DNA from: Scyliorhinus canicula
Lineage: Eukaryota
Length of the DNA stretch: 64,000 nt
Assembly: GCF_902713615.1 (NCBI RefSeq)
Contig: NW_024055461.1
Span: 1-64,000 of the forward strand
Direction: 5' to 3'
Under the pieces are notes generated by a model. The model saw only the letters and a program-made list of their open reading frames with translations, ran no database searches and was not told the origin of the DNA. Shown here piece by piece: positions 57,343-64,000 of this stretch. Every line of letters starts with the position of its first letter. Position 1 is the stretch's first letter. The translations under genes and the position numbers were made by a program.

Positions 57343-60300
57343 TTACTTGACTAAGTTTACTATGAGATTTCCAAGATATTTTGCCGCATTCCTCAACTCT
57401 TCTCTGAATTTTCTCTGCGTCACTGCATAAATGCACGTGTTGGTGCAACTGCTCAGCAGCTGAAGCATGTTTCCACTTTCTTGGCGGATAAATCTGGGGT
57501 CATTGAAATTGGATCCTACGAAATAAGGTTCATTTGTAATTTTCACGCACAGGAAATCCACAACATATGTCATCCACAACAGAATGAAGCTTCCGGAGAT
57601 GGCGAAGAGTAAGACAATAGACTTCCTCCTGTTCAGCATCTCTGGATCACTCTGATTCTCACCACTGCTGTTATCCCGGAGTCTCCGGCGGGATCTACTG
57701 GCCGCCATGATATGCCTGACGGTCAGAGCATTGAATAGCAAAATCAGGAGGAAGGGCAGACCTGGATTTAATACATGTGCAAACCAGTCATAGGCTGTCC
57801 ATGCAAGTGAGGTGGAGAAGCTTGATTTTACGTTACAAAACCACGGCACATTGTTCATTATAAAGAGTGGTTCATAAATAAAGTACCAGGGAACGCTTTT
57901 GAAACAGCTCAACAAACAAACGGTTCCTATCACCACAGCTGCTGTTTTCTCGGTGCAATAGTTTGTCTTCAGTTTCTGGGAACAAATGGCGATACTACGA
58001 TCAAAGGTGAAAGCGACGGTTAACCAGACAGAACTCTCGGTGGCCGCATAGATTATCACGGTGCTCAGAGTGCATGCTGGAGTCAATGACATAAAGCCAA
58101 CTGGAAAATAGATGCCAATAATCCGATTGAATATGACAGCGGTGACAACGACTAGGAGATCAGTCACTGCCATAGACACCAGATACCAAGTGATGCATTT
58201 GGAGAGACCACACCTTCCCCTGGAGAGGACCACGATCGCCACCAAGTTAACTGAGAGACACAAGGAGATTTAAATTGTAAAATTACTAAACATATTCCAA
58301 CCATGCACATGGCATAATTGTGACTTTTTACAGTTCATCTTCGTTATGGAGGACACCTAACACAGTTATTCTGGTTTTTTTAATGTCAATTCTGTTTCAG
58401 AAAACGCTGCAAGGGCATCCTAAATTTATGCAGCATCTTTAAAGCAAAAGGTGTCTCAAGTCGCTTCAGAGAAGATTGATACATCAAAATGTGTCACCAC
58501 ACCACATGAGAAGGTATTGTGCCAGATGTGGAATAATTGGACAAACAGGTAAGTTTAAGGAAAGCATTGAAGAAGCAGATTGAGGAAGAAAGTAAATGCG
58601 ATTGAAGGCGGCCATTTCATAGCGACGGACCAAACGGTTAAAGATCTGAAGGTCACGTTCAATATTTGGCATTCCAATTTTGGATCATGTATCAGGTAAA
58701 CGGGAAAAGCCTGTTAACACAGGTGACATATTAGTTACATTTGTATTTTTAAAGTGTATAATTAGACGAGGGTGACACGGTGACACAAGGGAGGCACGGT
58801 AGCACAATGTTTAGCACTGCTGCATCACAGCTCCAGGGTCCCAGGTTTAATTCCGGCCTCGGGTGACTCCCTTTGTGGAGTTTACACGTTCTACCCGTGT
58901 CTGCGTGAGTTTCCCTCGGGTGCTCCGGTTTCCTCCCACAGTCCAAAGATGCGCAGGTTAGGTGGATTGGTCTTGTTACCTAAATTGTCCTTTACTGTCT
59001 ACAAAGGGCAGTAAGAAGTCTTACAACACCAGGTTAAAGTCCAACAGGTTTGTTTCAAACACGAGCTTTCGGAAAGATCGTGTTTGAAACAAACCTGTTG
59101 GACTTTAACCTGGTGTTGTAAGACTTCTTACTGTGCTCACCCCACTCCAACGCCGCCATATCCACATCATGTCTAAAAAGGTTAGGTGGGGTTATTGTGT
59201 TTTTGGGATCGGGTAAAGGCGTAGGCTTAAGTAGGCTGCTCTTGCCAAGAGCCGGTGCAGACTCGATGGGCCAAAAAGCTGTAAATGCACTGCAAATTCT
59301 GTTTTTAAAAAGTATGTAAGGGAATATTCTAAACAAATCCGATGTGTCAGTTTAATACAACTGAAGAAACATCGAATGATGTGCGTCTCAGAAACCGCTG
59401 GCTTGGAAGCCAGTTTCCATTCTGATGAGAAATTATGTTCTTTGTTCTCTGACGGAGGCGAAACAAATTGGGTTTATATTGTCTGAAATGTCGAAGAGGC
59501 CATCTGCTTGAAACAAACAACATTTTCAAAGGGCGTGACAGAATCTATGGAGAGAGGTCGTGCCCGAAGATTCTGGATTCATGGCGAATCACTTCAGCAT
59601 AAAGGAAAGGTTATTTCGGACTGAGAGGAGCACGAATTTATTCACAAAAAATGGATGTGTTGTTTTAGAATTCTCTGCCAAGATGACTCTGGGTCTCCTT
59701 ATTGTTAAATATATATTCAATATTCAAGGCTTAGATGGACAGCGTTTGCTGGCTGAGAGAACCAAGTCACATTTGATGCGGCAAAATGGATTTTAATCCG
59801 AATATCAGTCAGGAGTTTATTGAATGCAGAACAGGCGCGACCTGTTGCGTGCTGTCCTCTGCCTCAGCCACTTATATCGATGTACGCAGGTTAAAGGCTC
59901 GGAATCCTACGGCGATTAACTTACCCTTTGATCGTAACGTCCCTGTGCAACCCCCTCCCCCCCCCCCCCCCCTCTCCCCCCCACCCTTCGCCCCGCCCTC
60001 AAAGCCTGTCCACCATCTACAATGTAGAAGCCAGGAACGGAATGGAATACTTGCTTAGATCAGTGCAGCTCCAATAATGCTCAATAAGCTCAAAACCATC
60101 CAGGACAAATCAGCCTACTTGATTGACACCCTTTCCACAAACATTAATTCCCTCCACTACCGAAGCATTGTAGCATCGGTGTATCCAATTTACAAGATTC
60201 ATTGCAGGAACTCAGTCACTTTCCCTCATCAACACCTTCGAAACCCACGACTGCTACCACCTAGAAGGAGAAAAACAGCAGATACTACCACCGGGAGATT

Positions 60301-61854
60301 CTCCCACAATTCACTCACCATCCTGACTTGGACATATATTCCCGTCCCTTCACTGTCGCTGGGTAAAAATCGTGGAACACCCTCCCTAACAGCACAGTAG
60401 GTGTGTCTACAGTGGTCTACATGTCTACATGGACTGCAGTGCTCAAGAAGGCAGATCACCACCACCACCTTCTGAAGAGCAATTAAGCACGGGAAACAAT
60501 TGCTGGCCTCGCCAGCGACGGCCGCATCCTTTAAAAATGACATTTTAAAAAACGTCAGATCATTTTAAGTTATTCATTCAATTGATTTGGCGTCTTAGAA
60601 GCACCACAATTGATTACATTTATTGTCCGTCGATTCTAACCATTGAAAGGCTATTGTGGAGCACGACTTACCGACTGAGTGGTTTCATGAGTCATTTCAG
60701 AGAACTGTTAATGTTCAATTATATCGCTGTGAATCTGGAATTATATATCCGCTAGTGTTGATGTTCTTCAATAAAGGACGTTATAGAACCTGGTGAACGT
60801 TCTGCTGTCACTGGTAGTTTCATAATGATCATTAATGATAATATCAGTTAATTCCACATTTAATTGTTATCTGAATTTAAATTAAATTCTGCGTTTTGAA
60901 CTCGTGCCTTTTGATCATGAATCCAGGAACATAACCGCAATCTCCCCTTCACTAAACATTACATGATTCCCACCAAATATCTATGATTCGTCTGTCATAT
61001 CTTTTGCCCAACCTCAACAATGGCTCTGTAAAATAGTTATCGAAGAGCACAGTCAGAGTACTCGCAACCGTACAGGGAAGATGAATGAAGTGGCTGTGTC
61101 ACGAGTCGAGTAATGCAGTAGCTGGACGAATGTTTCAGCGATTAAATGAGTTTGTTTTGCGCTCGGGTCGGTTTTCTTCTCCTGTGATATCAACGCGACA
61201 GAAAAGCAGATCAAGGGCAAAACTGGACGCCAGTTAGGATTACAACGCAATAGCAATTTCAATCCCCCATCATGTTAAGCGAAAAGATGAAATAGCTGAC
61301 AGTGAATCTGCAGCTCATTCCGGATCCCTCCAGAAATGTAATCACCTCAAAGGAATGCTAGCGTAATTCAAGGCAATTGTGTAACATGGTAATAATTCAC
61401 GACAGCTCGATTTAGACTTACATACGAATAAAAAATCTACCTAAAGGTTGCATTCTTATGTTACCTCCCTGTAGATCAGGTACTATTGATTTCGAAAAGG
61501 TGACCAAAATATTATTAATTTTATCCAGGCAACTGACATTGGCAGCCGAGCCTCGATATGGCAAGGAATAGCCCCAGATCAATTGATGTGTCAGAAACTA
61601 ATTATTAAGGCTCGAGCTTTTAAAAATGAATACATATTTAAATGAGGAAGATCTAAGCTTCCCTTGCTCAAATAAGGTTTAAAAACGCGTGGGGATGATT
61701 ATATCATGTTGTTAGTTACAATGGAATGAAGTAACGTCATAAAACAGTGATTCTTCAAGTCAATGAGTTAGTGCAGCAACTTACCCGGAACTCCAATGGC
61801 AGCAAGAATTGGGTAGTAAATGGCATAAACTACACCAGTTATCTGGCCGTGCAT
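57343..61854 (-). CDS. GPR139-like: GPR139-like rhodopsin-family GPCR, two exons, ~325 aa
   Basis: Exon 1 61785-61854 MHGQITGVVYAIYYPILAAIGVP G|GTAAGT; exon 2 57343-58250 AG|TT AAC (VNLVAIVVLSRGRCGLS...AFTFDRSIAIC...NTCIYAVTQRKFR); phase-1 junction in frame. Confidence 0.9.
59009..59170. mobile_element. Penelope-derived palindrome with centre deleted, nested in HE1-like SINE
   Basis: same arms as the 37254 element but fused at CTTTCGGAAAGATCG; near-TSD TGTCTACAAAGG / TGTCTAAAAAGG. Confidence 0.75.
60005..60485 (+). mobile_element. degenerate LINE 3' fragment
   Basis: CACCATCTACAA...AGCTCAAAACCATCCAGGACAAA shark LINE tail sequence. Confidence 0.6.
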
Positions 61855-62077
61855 TCTGCAGTCAGTCACAGAGATTCTTTATGAGAAAGTCAAAAAGCCC
61901 GCAGTTATACAGTTTGAAATCTAGAGGGACGCAATTAGTATCTAAAATTATTTACAGTTGCGTGAACAAACAATTTCAGCAGTTATTTCCATATTCATAT
62001 TTGGAGGAGTTAGAATTTTGGGAGACCCCAGGAAGATGACAACCAGTCTTTGTGTGTTGGGCAGCCCAAGATATTCC

Positions 62078-64000
62078 TTTTTTTTAAAAAATAATTTTTA
62101 TTGAAAAATTTTGAATTTATACAACAATAACGCACCATAGTAAAATACCAAAAATAACAATAATATTAACAATCATAAACATTCACCCCACCTCCATGAA
62201 CAACACAGCATTTTAACAACAATGCAAATTAACACAATATAAAGTTACAGAATAGACACTACAATAAGGAACACCACCCCCCCCCCCCCCCCCTCCGGGT
62301 TGCTGCTGCTATTGACCAAGTTACCTATCTTTGAGCCAGGAAGTCCAGAAAAGGCTGCCATCGTTTATAGAACCCTTGTATTGATCCTCTCAGGGCAAAT
62401 TTGACCCTTTCCAATTTTATAAATCCCGCCATGTCACTGATCCAGGTCTTCACACTTGGGGGCCTTGCATCCTTCCACTGTAGCAGAATCTTTCGTCGGG
62501 CTACTAGGGACACAAAGGCCAGGACACCGGCCTCTTTTGCCTCCTGCACTCCCGGCTCTACCGCAACTCTAAAAATCGCGCGTCCCCACCCAGGTTTGAC
62601 CCTGGATCAAACCTCCCTCGACACCGTCCCCGCCACCCCCTTCTAGAATTCTTCCAGTGCTGGGCATGCCCAGAACATATGGGCGTGGTTCGCTGGACTC
62701 CCCGAACATCTGGTGCACCTGTCCTCACCCCCAAAGAACCTACTCATCCTAGTCCCGGACATGTGGGCCCGGTGCAGCACCTTAAATTGAATGAGACTAT
62801 CCTCGCACATGAGGAGGAAGAGATTACTTTCTCCAAGGCATTCGCCCAAGTCCCGCCCTCTATCTGCTCCCCTAGTTCCTCCTCCCATTTAGCCTTCAGC
62901 TCCTCCACTGACTCCTCCTCCACCTCCTGCATTACCTTATAGATGTCAGTCACCTTCCCCTCTCCGACCCACACCCCTGAAAGCACTCTGTCCATCGTCC
63001 CCCGCGACAGCAGCAGAGGGAATCCCTCTACCTGTCGCCTAGCAAACGCCTTTACCTGCAAGTATCTGAACATGTTCCCTTGGGGAAGGCCAAATTTATC
63101 TTCCAGTTCTCCCAGGCCCGCAAACCTCCCGCCAATAAACAGGTCCCTCAATTTGCTGATGCCCGCCCTTTGCCACCCCCTAAATCCCCCATCCTTTTTC
63201 CCCGGGATGAACCGATGGTTTCCACCCAGTGGAGCCTCCATCGAGCCCCCTGTTTTCCCCCCGATGCCGTCTCCACTGCCCCCAGATTCTTAGGGTCGCC
63301 GCCACCACCGGGCTCGTGGTAAACCTCTGAGGGGAGAGCGGCAACGGTGCCGTTACCATGGCACCCAGGCTCGTAACTCTACATGACGCCATCTCCATTC
63401 TTTTCCACGCCGCCCCTACCCCCTCCATCACCCATTTACGCACCATTGACACATTGGCTGCCCAATAGTACCCCAGAAGGTTGGGCAACGCCAGCCCGCC
63501 TCTATCCCTCCCTTGCTCCAGGAACACACTCTTCACTCTCGGAGTCCCATGTGCCCACACAAAGCTCAAAATACTGCTAGTCACTCTCCTAAAGAAGGCC
63601 CTGGGGATAAAGATGGGCAGGCACTGAATGAGGAACAAGAACCTCGGAAGCACCGTCATTTTGACGGACTGTACCCTCCACGCTAACGATAATGGCAGCA
63701 TGTCCCACCTCTTGAACTCCTCCTCCATCTGATCTACCAGTCTGGTGAAGGTATGCTAGTGAAGAGTCCACCAGTCCCTGGCCACCTGCATCCCCGGGTA
63801 CCTAAAGCTCTCCCCTGCCCGCCTAAGCGGGAGCCTACCGATTCCTTCCTCCTGGTCTCCAGGGTGCACCACAAACACCTCGCTCTTGCCTAAATTTAAT
63901 TTATAACCTGAAAAGGTCCCAAAATCAGCTAGCAACTCCATCACTCCCAGCATCCCTCCCACCGGGTCCGCCACATACAGTAACAGGTCACATACAACGA
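62078..64000 (-). mobile_element. L1-clade LINE, 3' part running off the window
   Basis: poly-T at 62078; reverse complement closely matches 3103-4541. Confidence 0.92.

Noticed and set aside
59420-59470. hammerhead (CTGATGA...GAAAC) in the GPCR intron
   Set aside because: No pairing stem II between the cores
1-64000. D, J or C segments, IgH-type or NAR-TCR V genes
   Set aside because: No 12-spacer RSS with an FGXG exon and no C1 exon were seen; V sequences look TCR alpha/delta-like, though alpha versus delta cannot be settled without alignment

Overview
Eukaryotic DNA, almost certainly from a cartilaginous fish (shark-type SINE, CR1, L1 and Penelope repeats and a shark-type GPR139-like gene). 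The window is part of a T-cell receptor alpha/delta-like V-segment cluster. It holds about 10 V genes or pseudogenes plus one orphan leader exon, in both orientations; wherever an RSS survives it is 3' and of the 23 type (22-23 nt spacer). No D, J or C segments were found. Three V genes look intact: 9189-9626(-), 43707-44039(+) and 45390-45894(-). The one at 43707 has no leader intron. The cluster is split by a ~21-kb array (about 12.9-33.7 kb) of a ~2.28-kb unit carrying tRNA-Val, tRNA-Arg(ACG), a second tRNA-Val and a Penelope GIY-YIG fragment. The unit has been amplified in tandem and by fold-back inversion, and its tRNA-Val copies cover all four anticodons. Other contents: a 100-N gap (543-642) whose left flank exactly duplicates 31607-32148; an LTR retroelement with a ~1.2-kb LTR, a tRNA-Lys primer-binding site and a five-unit hairpin array; a full-length L1 and two partial L1s; CR1 and Rex1/Babar LINEs; Penelope-derived hairpins with hammerhead-ribozyme motifs; several CTCF-like sites; and a two-exon GPR139-like GPCR (57343-61854, minus strand). 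All calls come from reading the sequence by eye. No database search or folding program was run.
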